The notes: generated from the letters alone by a model not told the origin. A DNA stretch of 61,455 nucleotides, filler included, from Choristocarpus tenellus KU-1152 (GCA_964200185.2; 12 parts of 12 records of this genome joined end to end with filler, not necessarily neighbours in it), one strand, 5' to 3'. Shown: positions 12,966-26,799, numbered from the whole stretch's first letter. Translations and numbers: made by a program.

Positions 12966-13800
12966 AACAAAATGGAGCTCGCTATGGGTGTGGCGGTGGG
13001 TTCAGCAACTCAAGTCTCAATGTTTGTGGTGCCTGTTACCCTTCTCTCAGGCTGGGCCATGGTGAGTTGCTACTGGAGGGGTGTGTGTGGGGGGGGGGGG
13101 GATAGACATGAAAAGGTGGGGATATAATGCTTGCTATTGATCGAGGGGAGGAAAGAAGGGAATCTTGTTCGCATGAGGGCAAGAAACCATCCTCCTTTCA
13201 CAGGTTTTCACGCGGTCTGTGGCTAGAAGGAGTGTGTGTATGTATTTTTTTTTTTAAAGAACCATTAAAAAGAACCATAGCTCTTCGTTGCAGGTGTTGA
13301 TCAATTCACTCGTAGGTTTGAGCCTCCTTTTTAGAATGTTAGGTTTTTCTTAATCTCCAACACGAACTGAAAGGGAGTGGGTGGTTTCAGAGGAAGTTGT
13401 TCCATCTCTCTCTTTATTTTTCATTTTTTTCTATTCAGTGTGTTGGGGGCCCCTGAGGAAAGCCTGAAGGGGTTGAAAGTGTTGTGCTGGTGGAGTTGAT
13501 GCAGGTAGTAATCTTGCCTATTTTTGCATGGCAGGGCTTGATTGAGAGAGGTAATAGTCGCAATTTTTTTTCTGTTTTTTTGAGGAATATAGTGTTGCAT
13601 ATGAGTGTGTCAAATGGTGTTCATTTTGTCCTTAGAGATGGCAAGGCAGTTAAAATTTGTGTAACATTCTCATGACAACCACCCATGGGCAGGGCCGAGA
13701 CATGGATCTCCTCTTCCCATACGAGGAAATAATTCTCTATGTGCTCTCCATTATCATTGTTGCCACATGCCTCAGCAATGGGTCCTCCAACTGGCTGCAG
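12966..13800 (+). CDS. CAX: CAX-type Ca2+/H+ exchanger, two C-terminal exons (12966-13061, 13693-13800)
   Basis: NKMELAMGVAVGSATQVSMFVVPVTLLSGWAM|GRDMDLLF...NGSSNWLQ matches the CAX alpha-2 repeat and SNW motif; CAG acceptors and GTGAG donors. Confidence 0.9.
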
Positions 13801-16113
13801 GTGAGCCCCTCCCCACTCCCCTCCCCCCTCACCCGGCTCACCCTATTCTCCGTAGCTTTCCATTATTTATGTGGATCTGGAAGCATGAGGCCACTTCCTT
13901 TCCTTCCTCTCTGTGACGAGCCTTGCAGTCTAGGTTGTGACAAAATAAGAAATTAGTGGTCTGTTGATCAGAGTTTTGACTCTTTTTTTTTCTGGGCAGG
14001 TAACCGACTAGACTAATTCAAGATCTCGCACTTGTTGGTGACCTGAAGATAAGACCATCAACAGAGCTCTATGATGGTTTGATGCATATACTATGAACAG
14101 TAGTGGTAGTAGTAGTTCCACATACACAGCCAACAGTTATTTTCTTAGTTACACCATGGCGCTGACAAGACCAAGACTTAGCTTGAACAGTGATCAAGGA
14201 AGTTTATATGGATGAAAAACTGACCGCAAAGCTGGTTTCAAGAACAAGTTAGAGATTCTGGCCAATAACATCCGGGGGGGGGGGGGTGGGTGGCGAATCA
14301 ATATGGTGATACTATTGATTATACTGCCAGTATACAGAAGTGCATGGTACTGACAGTATATTGTCAGTACTTTATACTGTCATTAGTTTCTTTTCTGAGG
14401 TAGTCATACTGTTTTGACGACTCCAATCACCAGTATGTTTTCTTTTCTGCTGATGCCGATAACCCCTCTACCATCATATCTTGACCTACAAAAACACAAC
14501 TGTGTGGAATGGAATCTGCCGACACCTGGGCTTGCAATTTGGGGTGTGGGCCTGTATTGGGGTTAGTGTTAGTTTCTTTGAGAGCTCCTGCCTGCCATTT
14601 GCAAGTGTTGATTTTTGATAACAAAAGGCCGGCGTGGTTGTGATGTGCGAACCGACATATGATAGAGTACATGATACCACTGTAAATGGAGGGTAGTGTT
14701 GGCCTTGACATTTGTAGAGCATTTAACCGAGGTTTACTATGCCGTGATCGTTATTTTTGGGTATGAGAGCCATGTGCTATGTGCCATGTGCTAAGGGGTA
14801 CGAAGTATATATTAGATGTATGTGTGCGTGTGTGTGTGTGCCTTTTTTTTTATTTCTTTGTGTTTGTCAGATTTTTTGTGCGGTTACTGTAGCGTTTATT
14901 TTCCTGTAAAGTCGCAGGTGTAGACAAAGATGACACTCGTTCTGTCTCTGGAAAAGGGTCAATTGGATTGGGGTGAAGGCAGGTTGAAAGGGAAGCCCCT
15001 ACACCCCTACCCTTTTTTGTTTGTCTAATAATGTCTAACGCAGTGCGTTTTTACTAGTGCCAATTAAAAATCAATCTGTGCCATAGTTTTTTTTTTTTTT
15101 AAATCGGTGAGAAGTCTATCGAGTGTGAGTTTTTGCTGACCTAAAATATTCTCGTAGTCTCTTCCTGTCTAGGGCTGATGCCTTTTTTTTTTCCGAAGCA
15201 AAAGGCGTGGATTGCTGAAGGTGTACTCTAGCTGGCGTAAGAATATTTGCCTACTGTTGTGACCTTGTTCCCACTCTCACACCGGCGCTGGCGCGCACAC
15301 GCACGAATGAGTGAGTTGTCGTGAAACATTTTTTCTTTTCTTTTCCTCCCCNNNNNNNNNNNNNNNNNNNNNNNNNNNNNNNNNNNNNNNNNNNNTTAAT
15401 TAATTAANNNNNNNNNNNNNNNNNNNNNNNNNNNNNNNNNNNNNNNNNNNNAAGGCATCTTGCAGAGGTTTCCTGCTGCACAAGGCATGGCATCCACTTT
15501 ATTCCCCTACCAGCAATGTACTGTACTGCAGTATGGTCGCACGACTCAGGAAGAAGGGCATTTTTTGCGACAATTTTTTTCGCGCGCGCCAAACTCGCGT
15601 GAACGTCTATGGGATTTTGTGCCAAATCGCCCGAATACGAGAATTCCAGTACAAAAGTCTATTTTTTGTGTATGTCGAAAAAAAGTGGTACAGAATTGAA
15701 TATTTTGAATTTGGTTCGTAGTATTTGGCCCAAAATAGGGTAACCTACTGTATTAATATGTTTTTCACGTTTCGCAGAACATTAAAGTATCCTATCAGAC
15801 AGTGTCCTATCAGACACATCCTAAACCCATCCCAACCACTCACTGTATTTTGGGAGAGATATGTTCGGGTCAGTTGTTTGTTGGGAATATGTGAGACACT
15901 CATTTTGTGGTACGATTGGAAGCCATATGGACATGGGCGCGCCAACGACGTCATTGGAACTTGCCGTTATCCACCAATTGGTCACAATCCTTGATCCTCC
16001 TCTCCTTAGACAACTCATGTAGAAAAAAAAAAGGAATATATATTTTTTGACAATGCTGAGGGCATCCTCGCGCGCAAATCGAGGTCGTATTATTTTTTTC
16101 AATGATTCGTGCG

Positions 16114-16369
16114 GAGTGAAAGTATCTTAGAGGGTACGAGTTTTCCCTTTTTTTTTCCAGTTGGGACTTGGCTTCCCACGGTTTCCAACGACATTTTACC
16201 TACTCCAAAATATTTCAAAGTAAAACTTATCTGTTATGAAAAGGTGTGTCCAGAACAAGGATATTGACATCTCCTGACAAACATGATAGCCAAAGTAACA
16301 TCAAAATCGCAAAATTGGATCTTGACCCCCAAAATGGACGTGGATATACCGTCTAAGATACTTTGACTC
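16114..16369 (+). mobile_element. MITE family A copy
   Basis: Full TIRs; flanks TGCG/CGCG. Confidence 0.92.
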
Positions 16370-17257
16370 CGCGGCAAGAATGTTTTGTGAGAAGGGAGAG
16401 GAAGGGATTTCTTGAGGAATTGATGCAGAGAAAAGAATAGTTGGACAAGACAACAGTGAAGATAGGGAATGTCTGAGATGCTTAACTTCTCTATGTACCT
16501 CTGGGAAGGGTTTAGTTATGATGCCAAAAAACTGCATGTACCCAATGCGGACCTCTGATGGTCTGTCACAGTAGACACATGTTGGGAGTGATCATCCCGT
16601 CCCACTCTTGGGTCAAGGAAACGACTCCACCACAACCTGCCTAAGCCATACAACGAGAGGACTATGTGATGTACGAATTCACTCCCAGATTTATCCCAAT
16701 CGCCATTCATTGTAATTTCATAACGTATGTCCATAAGCCAAGTAAACGTAGGTGTTCTATTGAAAGAGACACGATTCTATCTAGTCACCTCATCCGTTTT
16801 CCCCTTGAGTTTTTGAGGGCACATCGCACCTTGCTCGTTTCTGCTCAATCCTTCGAACCATTTATTCAGAAAATGTCTGTCTTCATGTCAGACATCCAAG
16901 CGCCAGACACAGATGATGGCGATGTGGTACCTGAGTGACATCAATACTACGGTCAAAGCCAACAATAGGTCCCATTTAGTGACCTGTTCAATGCATTTAG
17001 ATATATCATATGCACTTAACCGAAAAGACATAAGCAACGGTATTATTGCTACTTACACAAGTATGTACACACCATGCAATATGGTAGTCGTAGCCTCGTT
17101 CAGAAAGTCCACGCATCCATTCAAAAAATGCTTATTTCTACCATACATATTCTGTACTCCTTGCCTTGACACTGGAGATATTGTTACTGTTACATTTGTC
17201 GTGTATAATTTTATCCCGCCCTCATCTAGTACGAATACCCTGAGATTGAGAAATATA

Positions 17258-17521
17258 GAGCCAAACCAATTTAGAGGTAGTAAGCAAGGTTGCATTTTAA
17301 GGATCCTGAGAAAGGGCAACAGGACGACATTTTGTACAAATGAGGCAAGAACTGTTTATCAGTTGTGGTGCCACATTGAGTGTGGAAAGGGGGAATATCA
17401 ATTTAGCCTATGGTACTCTGCACATCAAGAAATTAATTAAATGAAGTGTAGTGTATAGGGTAAAGCAATGGCTATGAATACAAAGGGTCAAAGCCTGCCT
17501 ACCTATCAATTGCTTTGGCTC
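17258..17521 (+). mobile_element. MITE family C copy
   Basis: Shares AAGGATCCyGAGAAAGGGCAA, GTGGAAAGGGGGAATATCAATTT and CCTGCCTACCT with 791-1049. Confidence 0.8.
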
Positions 17522-18785
17522 ACATTGAATAGATACATATTATCATATTTTGACTTGAGAGGTATAGGTATTGTGCACTTCCCTTTGCTCCACATAGCAA
17601 AATAAAAGACGTGAATAAGTAAGCAACGGGCAAGCTGTATGAGGAATGGGGGGGGGATAGATAGGCACAAACTTCCCATCTATGCTCCATTTCACAGACA
17701 TAGTTCTAGTACAATCCAGAACTTTGTAGAGAGGGCGAACAGGAGATTGTTGCTGATTCTCTCAGAAATAGGGGGGGGAGCACCTCTTTCATTGTGATGC
17801 GTTGTGAGGTGTACAGTGTATTGGCTGTAGAAGAAGGTGGAATTGAGAAGAGATTAAACGTCATACAGAAGACATGCATTACAAAAACAAGAAGATTTTG
17901 AAAAACAACAGAGTGCAAGATATCTGCCCGCAGCCAACATCACAATATGAAATGATGATGATCGAGGGCAAACTCTACTACCCTCAGGTGCTTGTGTTAC
18001 CTTGAACTCGATGCAGAAGTACGTATATTCTACATAATCTCAGTTGCTGGAGCTGAAGATTACTGAACCTTCCACTGGTCCCCGTGTTGTTTATGTTCCT
18101 TACCCTTACGCCTGTACATACAGTCCATGCAGTAAAGATTTACTACAATGATAATCCGCAAAGTATCTAATTTTTGTATAGAAAGTGTCAAATATTTAGG
18201 GAGTAAAGAATGTTGCAAGGCGGCCGTATCTGATTATTGCCTTATGTGAAAGGTAGAATGCTGTAAAATTAGTGTGAATTATATGATCTTTTAGAAAATG
18301 TCCTTTACTCTTTGATGTTAGTTCTATTACTTTTGAAAAAATTTATTGACGTTTGCAAGACTCAGCAGTGAAACCACAATCGACAAGTGAACGAAAAATA
18401 CCCCACTAAGTCCTCTGGAGCACATTCATTTACGCAATGCGCAGGATGAAGCGGGATCTTCAAAGCATCCTCAAGGCCGGCGTCACAACAAAAACACGTC
18501 TGCCTACATGGAAGGGGGTAGACAAGAAACATAACAGCATAGCTACGCCTGTAGTGACCAGTGTGTTTGAACGCAACACACAGATGCCATTTTAAAATAC
18601 CTAGCAGATGCTGTACCACAAAAAAAGCTTGGAAGAGTGTCCAGAAGGAAATTATACACAGGAAGCATGTTTTTGACCACCACCACAACATCATATATGC
18701 TTGGCTTTGCTGACATGTTTGTCACCACCACTCAAAGTTAGGTGCCTAACGTCCTTAAAAACATCATGTTCTGTTAGTTGATTCT

Positions 18786-19043
18786 GAGTGAAAGTATCTT
18801 AGAGGGTACGAGTTTTCCCCTGTTTGTCCATTTGGGGCTTGGCTTCCCACGGTTTCCAACGACATTTTACCTACTCCAAAATGTTTCAGAGTAAGTAAAA
18901 CGTATCTGTTATGAAAAGGTATGTCCAGAACAAGGATATTGACATCTCCTAACAAACACGATAACCGAAGTTACATCAAAATTGCAAAATTGGATATTGA
19001 TCCCCAAATGGACGCGGATCTACCGTCTAAGATATTTTGACTC
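18786..19043 (+). mobile_element. MITE family A copy
   Basis: Full TIRs; 3-bp TSD TCT. Confidence 0.92.
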
Positions 19044-19380
19044 TCTATGCGAATTTACCTTGGGAGGTAATGCTATTTATCAGTGGTGAAGACAAGAAGG
19101 TGTGAAGCCTCACACGACCCCCTTCGCTGAACTTGAAAAGAACGGATGGTTGAAATTAGAAGAGTGACATTTGTGGGGTGTTTTCTCATTGTTTGTTTAT
19201 TATTATTTATGTTTCGCTACCTATTTCAAAGTAGCGAAAGGGAATGAATACCCACACATAATTCCATATATAGTCCGGATGTAATATCTCATTAGTTACA
19301 TAACATGGATTTAATTTCAAGACAATAATCTAATATACACAAAATAAGGTACACCTTACTATTGTCCTATTTTGCACACT

Positions 19381-19498
19381 GAGACAAAGTATCTTAGAGG
19401 GTAGAGCTGCGTCCATTTGGGGGCCAAAATCCAATGTTGCGATTGTGATGTAATTTTGGCTATCGTGTTTGTTACGAATTGTCAATATCCTTGTTCCG
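19381..19498 (-). mobile_element. MITE family A, truncated by contig end
   Basis: GAGACAAAGTATCTTAGAGGGTAGAG and matching interior. Confidence 0.88.
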
Positions 19499-20029
19499 NN
19501 NNNNNNNNNNNNNNNNNNNNNNNNNNNNNNNNNNNNNNNNNNTTAATTAATTAANNNNNNNNNNNNNNNNNNNNNNNNNNNNNNNNNNNNNNNNNNNNAC
19601 ATGGATTCAATTCAACACAAAAATCTCATATACACAAAATAAGGTACACTTCACTATTGTCCTATTTTGTACACTCCCCCATGAGAGTGCAGGCAATGAA
19701 AGAGTTGCTGGAACTCTCAAACCTAAAACATCTTATTGTGTACACTTCCATTCTGCACACTTTCCATGAAATGGAAGTAAAAGACATCAGATTGGTAGAA
19801 TTCTCACACACATCACATTTATCTTGTCAACGCAATAAAAGAACACTGATTGCTTGACCTCGAACATACGTCATCATATAGTCAACACAGTGTCTACGAA
19901 GTCTTGTACTTGCTTCTTTAGATGCACCAACACAGTGATGTACAATCGTGTCCCATGATGACCCCTCGCTTAGTTTATGGTCAAACATTTGAACCAGCCC
20001 CCTTTTGCTGTTTCTCTTGTTGGACGTAG

Positions 20030-22139
20030 CACTCACTCCCCTAGGCTTGAAGCCTATCACAATTGAATGTCTTATACATCCTCTCGTTGAGTGAAGTCCT
20101 GTGCCACCAACCTGGCCTTGACTAAACGTACAATCTTTCCAGACCATATACCACATCCATCACATAAACGAACAAAGATGTCTTCACTAATGTCTGCTTG
20201 GATAAAAGCTTGCTTCACATCCCAATGCTTTAATTCCCAATCCTTGTCTGCAGCTAATGCTAAAACCATTTTCAAAGATACAGGGGACGGTGTTGGTGCA
20301 AAGGTATCTTGGTAATCTATACCCTCAATCTGTCGAAAAACCTTTTGCTACCAAACGTGCCTTGTATCTAACTACCTCACCAAATTTGTTAGTCTTACGC
20401 TTGTGAATCCATTTAGTGTCTATTGCCCTGCTTCCAGGGAGTAATACGGCCTCCACCCAAACCAGACATCTCTTCTGCTCTAGCTCGATCCCATAAATCA
20501 CATTCGGGAGAGCTACGTGCTGCTCTTACAATCTTGGGTTCTGGAGGGAGCTCATCCGCTAACACTCTAATAGAATTATCACTCGCACACATCACAAGGG
20601 TAGTCTCTACGGAAACAGACAAACAAGTCATAAAAAAAAAATGGAAATGTTAAAAACAGCAGCTTTGGCGGAAGTAGGATGATTGCCTGATCTGGTGCGG
20701 TGGGGAAGGATGTTGTCTTCACCATTTCCAATGCTGAGTCGTCGTAATTCTCTTTTACATTGGCTGTCCTTGGCCTCATCCACCCCATCATCATCACCAT
20801 CATTGCTATTCACTTCCATAGCCCTACAAGCAGAATGTGAAGAGAGAAGATTGAAAGCTATCTTTGGGACAAGTGCAACAGACGTCAGAGTAACATGCAC
20901 CCACTCATCGCGGCCAACATTGAAATTCAAATCAATCTTGCCATACCCCACAATGGGTAGTGATATGCCGCCAGCCACGGTCATGTTGTGGCCTTGCGGA
21001 CATGTGGTGAAATCATACATGTACTTAGAGTCTTTCGTTACACTGTTGGAAGCACCCGAATCAAAACAGCACGTTTCGAAAGCATCCAATCTCACCTTGC
21101 CATTATCAGCCACAGTGACTAAAATGGTCTTGAACTTCCTAGATTCCCTGGCTGGTTCATCTGGTTCAGCTAGTATTCCCGCCGACTGTAACGGGTTTGC
21201 CCTCCTCTAGGGGCACACAGCAGGTGGCCATTCTTCCCGCAGCTGTAACACGGTCCTCCAAATGTACAGGAACCGAAATGTCTAACCAATCCACTCTTAT
21301 CACATTTCTCTCGGGCCTTGGTGAGCCCCCTGGAACGGGATCCTGTCGTCCCAGGGTCAATACGATGACCAGTCGTACCCTGGCTGCCACCTCAGCCAGC
21401 CTTTTTTACGGTCCTCGCAGCCAGAGCGCTCCCGGGCTCTCCACGATCTCCTACCTCTAGTTGGATGGAGATGGTTCTTGATGGTCTGGAGTAGATATTA
21501 TTTACTCCCCAGACTTACAAGTCTTGTGCAGGCAGCCCTTTGCTGACATACTCCCTGGTGCATTCTAGTTTGATGTGACATGCCTTGTCCGTCCATTGAA
21601 ATTATCTGGTTATCGCTGCTAGAATTGCACCTCGATTGTCTCGTGACCCCTTTGAAGTATGTCCAGCTAATTCCTCCGCCTGTTTAGACGGCAGCGTTCT
21701 CCTCTGGCGACAAACGATCTGAAGGTTTCCTTTACCTCCACAGTTGTAGCATATTCCTTCTAAAGAACAAGAACCAATAAGCTTGATCAGTTCACAGTTT
21801 AAACATCTTCTGTTGGTCCTGATCTCGTCTCTGGTAGGGGATCCTGTTGTTATATGGTCTGTACGTTGACCAGTTGTACCTTGGCCACCTCCTCCGCTGA
21901 CCTTCTTTGTTCTTTTCCATGAGTTTATGGTCCCAGCGGCTAGAGTGCTCCCAGGCTCCCCACGGTTAGCTCCTCCTTTCCTTTCTGGTGGAGGTTAAGT
22001 TACTGCTCCTGTTAATGTCCTGCTCCCCTTGTGGCAGGTACAGCAATTGCTTTTCTCATTCCGTAAGCAAGAATCTTGGGGTCTCCAATCGATGGGCGTG
22101 CCCCCTTCAGGGACAAGTGTTGTGACAACTGCTCTAGGT
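20030..22139 (-). mobile_element. Ty1/copia LTR retrotransposon relic (gag knuckles, protease, partial RT; integrase core missing)
   Basis: CYNCGGKGNLQIVC (~21760); FDSGASNSVT protease (~21060); KWIHKRK..YKARLVAKG..GIDYQDTFAP..HWDVKQAFIQA RT (20420-20150); purine tract near 20040. Confidence 0.92.
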
Positions 22140-24713
22140 NNNNNNNNNNNNNNNNNNNNNNNNNNNNNNNNNNNNNNNNNNNNTTAATTAATTAANNNNN
22201 NNNNNNNNNNNNNNNNNNNNNNNNNNNNNNNNNNNNNNNCCCCCCCCCGCAAGCAGAACACACAGCGCTCATTCGTACAAGAAATGAAAGATTGAATTTA
22301 CTGGTCAATTTTCAGTTTTTGACTTGCAACGGTATGTAACACTCAGGTTCCAAGAAGTAGATAGTTGAGGCTGGGTGCGTTCGTTCTCTTAAGAGGTTCT
22401 TAGATTTCCCATGTGGTTTTGGTGCTCCTAGCCGTTTTTTATTGAATTATTTTTGTCAGAAACGTGATTTTTTTTACGAGGTATCTTTTTTTACTTCACG
22501 AATGGTCCCACAGAATGTAACCATTGATGTATGTATATATATATATGTAGGGGATGGGAAACATTTCTCACCCTCTCACATGGTTCGCCTGCCACCAGCC
22601 TGGAAGGGATTAGAGAGTATTGATTGCTCCATGTCTTAGGGTACAGATACATACACAGTTCTTGTAATTCATTGACTGCATCGGCAAGAGAACTGTAGAT
22701 GCTTCAAGATTGTGTGATGCTGGTAGTGGTTTTCTGACTGAGTACCTAAGGATTCAAATTGTTTTTTGTTAAGAAAGAGGAAGGTAGTGTAGAAACTATA
22801 CCCCATCGAAATTCGATCTTTTTGGCAGTTTCTTATCCAGTCTATTTTTATCTGCATAGTTCATGCGTAGGCATTTTGCGTCAGGTGATACACTTTCAAC
22901 ACTCTTACGTTTATTAGTATTTTTTCTCTGGTTGTCTCGAAAAAGAAGAAAACTATTTACCGGTAACTCTCATGTACGTAAGGGGGGGGGGTTATTGTCG
23001 ATGACCTCAGTTCCGGTTTCCCACACATTTTGACTCCAATAATCAAGAATCTCATTACACCAACTTTGACATGAAAAGTTAATTCCACAAAGCTGCAGTA
23101 TGCCCTGGCCAAGAAGTATTTCATCCCAATTCTTGGACATGAACCTGAGTACTTGCTGGTCCTTCGGTGTTGTTTCCAGTGCTAGCCTACACCTGTTATT
23201 CAAGGAGTTTCAATACAACTGCACATGTGTTCGTATAATTCCTGCAAGAACTCTTCCTCCATCTGGTCCAGTGTTTGAAGGGAGTTTTCGATATGGTCAG
23301 CTGTATGGATGGTATGACTGAAAAGAAAACTGTTGATGGTACTTGTGGACTTAAGTTTGCCACTGTGGGGTCAATGCATGACATCGTTACTGTTCTACCG
23401 ACCGTCCATTTCCAACACGGAGGAAAGCAGGAAATTCCGGATCAGTGTGCGTTTTAGTTTGTGAAAATGCTCCCATTTCAGATTACTGGTGGATTAAAAA
23501 ATAGTATGTAACATGTTTTGACTCTTCCTTGCCGTTTCTTTTGCATTTCATCATTTTATTTTTATACATCCACCAGAAGATCCTTCAAATCTGTTCTCAC
23601 TTTCCATTAAATATCACTAAAAAAAAAAGGTTGATGTACGTCAACATCGAACACATCATTATCACGCCCAAAGCAAGAGAGTAATTGTAGGGAGATTATA
23701 GGAGGAACAAAAAAAAGAGAAAAAAAAGAGAGTGGGAGACCAGCCAGAGTGAGGATGACAAAACACACCCAGAACAGGTACAATGTCCAAAAGTGCAACT
23801 CAGTGGGTGGAACACTACACCTCACCTCGACATGCCCTGCTACAACATGACATGTATGGTATTATCATTTGCATCCTATGAAACAAAGTAGTCAAGGATG
23901 CCTCCTTACAAAATGATACGGTAAATTCCCAATAAACATAACACTTCTTGCAGTGCAAACACCATCACATGCACAGGCCTGCTCTCTCCCTACTTCGAAT
24001 ATATTGATACACACACTTACCTATTCACGGTTGGATACTTGCTAAAAAAGAGGGGGGTGGGGGTGGGGGGAGCACCACTAGTAGGCATGGCGCAAGCCAG
24101 CCAAGCAAGATGCAAACCCCCCAAAACCCCCAAATCAAAACTCTCATACCTCCACTAAGGGCACCCTTTGGTGCAAAATATTGTGTTCAGTGAAGAAAAA
24201 TCAAACCACCCTCCAGGTACACTTCTTTTACCCTGTGCTTCTAAAGCAAAAAGCAAAAAGCAAAAAAAACAAAACAAAAACTTTCCTGTTCTCCTTACTC
24301 TGCCCTCCTTGCTCACTCGGATGATAAGCAGGCATCAGGCTCAACTAACTTTTTTTGTTAACCCACTTCAACAACACTTACTTATACCCAGCCAGCAGTA
24401 CTCGCCAACACTACACCCACTCAATACACTCACAAAGGTTATATTATAATATACAAGGGGGAAAAAACACAAACACTCAAGTCACAACGCAAATCATTGA
24501 TATACCCAAACAGCATCACTTCCCACCACTGCAGCAGAAAACAAAAAACAAAATGGGGGATGGGGTACCCACACACAGGAGGAGGAACCAGACAAAAAAC
24601 ACACGCCCTTCCACCCTTAGATCACACAGCAAGAAGTAAAAAAAGGAAATAGCGAGGACTATAATATAGCTACTTTGAGCTCAAAATGGGGCCATAAACA
24701 GAAGGCAAATTAC

Positions 24714-24781
24714 CTTGCCTTCTGTATCCTTGTACCATACCCATTCTCTGTGGACGTTTTGGGCACATAATTCATCCAAAC
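24714..24781 (-). CDS. Possible isolated exon (LDELCAQNVHREWVWYKDTEGK)
   Basis: CAG acceptor and AAG|GTAATT donor bracket an open frame; product not recognised. Confidence 0.25.
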
Positions 24782-25654
24782 CTGCTCATCTTTCAAGCCA
24801 CAACCAAACACATAGCAACCTCCTCCCTCCACCCTTCTCAGCTCCAACCGAGTTCCATCAGAGTCAATTTCCCAAGCAACAGACACAGCCAAACTTGTAT
24901 CATGCAAATCATTTTTTTTCCTCGCCATATATTCCACGCCCTGAGTTAACCCACCCCTCCTGGTCAGATCCTTCAAACGTCAAACTCCATCAATCATGCA
25001 TCCAATCAAAAACACAACCTAAAAGATTTTTCTTTTCTTCTTCTTCTTTGGTTTCGCTGAGCCTTTTAGACTCGGCACCTCATCAGAGTGTTACCGCTGG
25101 ACGGACATCCTTACTCAACAATGACAAGAAACAAAATTACCATCATTCACTAACTCACCGTACCATCTCCATCACTTATCTCAACAAAAACACACATGCA
25201 TCAAAACTCATCTCCATACTACACTACAACCTGTTTGAAATACAAACAATTCATGAAATGCACCACATTCTTCCTTCTCCCCTCCCCTCTCCTCCCCCCC
25301 CNNNNNNNNNNNNNNNNNNNNNNNNNNNNNNNNNNNNNNNNNNNNTTAATTAATTAANNNNNNNNNNNNNNNNNNNNNNNNNNNNNNNNNNNNNNNNNNN
25401 NGGGGGGGGGGTTCAGGCAACACCGTCGATAAAACAAACAAGGACGCTTTTTATTGTTCGTCTGTGGCTAACCACACATACATACTACATGGTCACCCTA
25501 AAATCAATAAGTTGGTTGACAGGGTTCCTAAACGCGGGATAACTATCTCGACTTAGGTTGAACAGGAGGACACAGAGAGATTTTACAACAGCTGTAACCC
25601 AACTAGACGAGGAGTAGAGCGCCATCATTCCACCAACGTTGACGAGTCCCTCAC

Positions 25655-26516
25655 CTTTTTGTACATTTTGCGGATCTCTGCTAGTGACACTTCTTTTTTC
25701 TTCGTCTGTCGCTTGGTAGCTTCTTCGAGCTCGTGCTGAAAATATACCTTATCGTACAGCATGCACTCAACCACACTCTCGGTCGCATCGTTGAATGCTA
25801 TAAGCGTGGCGGTGCAGTGGGTAAATGGGACAAGGGGTAGGTGGGAAGCGGTTGCGGGACACACGCGGCAGGCAGTAGTGAGCAACATGTTGCTGTTGAC
25901 AGAAAGACCACGAGGGAGAAAAAAGATCAATAACAAAAAGATCATCAATGGGCTGACTGACAATGAACCAAACAAAGGAAACTCGGCAACAACTTGGTAG
26001 ATCAGAAGAGTCATCAGGCGATCATGGAACAACAACAACACTCAACTTTCTTTGTTGCTTAGTTGATCGGAAGAGTCAGGCGATCGTGGAACAACGACAA
26101 CACTCCATCACCCACCGTTGGCAATTAGCCTCTCTTCTGCTTGGTTGAACTCCATGTAGACCCGCATCATGAAAGCGCATTCGGGATCAAACTCTCTCTT
26201 CAGCACCGTTATTCTATGGTTTCCGTCCAGTGTTCATCCTTGAATGGCAAGCGCAGTTTCGGCGGTGAGCTGGTGTCCCTGTTGCCTAAGCAGTCTCGTT
26301 GGATTACGACAGACGGAGCAAACTGCTCCAGCCAGCCTTTCTCGTGGATAGACTTGCTGACTCGCGCAAGGCCACGCTCACTCAGTGGATGCACCATCTC
26401 CGTGCATGTGATGTTGCCGAGTTTCATCCGGTACGTGCCGAGGTAGTGCTATTCTAGGAGCGAGGACATGCCCTTCAGATTGCCATACCACATTCTCGAT
26501 CCGTGGGCAGTGCCAT
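25655..26516 (-). pseudogene. Spliced ParB/sulfiredoxin-fold domain gene with stops and frameshifts; exons ~26516-26116 and 25797-25655
   Basis: VHPLSERGLARVSKSIHEKGWLEQFAPSVV, then after a frameshift TLDGNHRITVL (DGNHR at 26227-26213)...ERLIAN|AFNDATESVV. Phase-1 GT-AG intron; in-frame TAG and TGA consistent with C>T decay. Confidence 0.7.
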
Positions 26517-26799
26517 CAGCAGGCGGGTGGGTTGTTGTTGAGCGAAAGCTGGACATAGCGAAGATTGGGAGGGTGTGACGGGGATTGATAAATAACAGGT
26601 GTGCGTGGTATGTACGGAAGGGAATGAATTGAAATGAGGACTGAGGGATGGGAGGTGCTGCTTTATTTCATCTTGTCGGTCGGTCCTCAAAACTCAGATT
26701 TCTCTTTCCGTTGACAATTGTGTTATAAAAAATACGAATATTGAACAGCATACGATTTCATATTGAAAAGAGAGAGAGAGAGAGTAACAGTTTTTTGTG

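Noticed and set aside
16516-16734. Possible HNH-like motif (VHHIVLSLYG...WW...DDHSQH)
   Set aside because: Spacing is only loosely similar and no supporting frame context; needs an HMM search.
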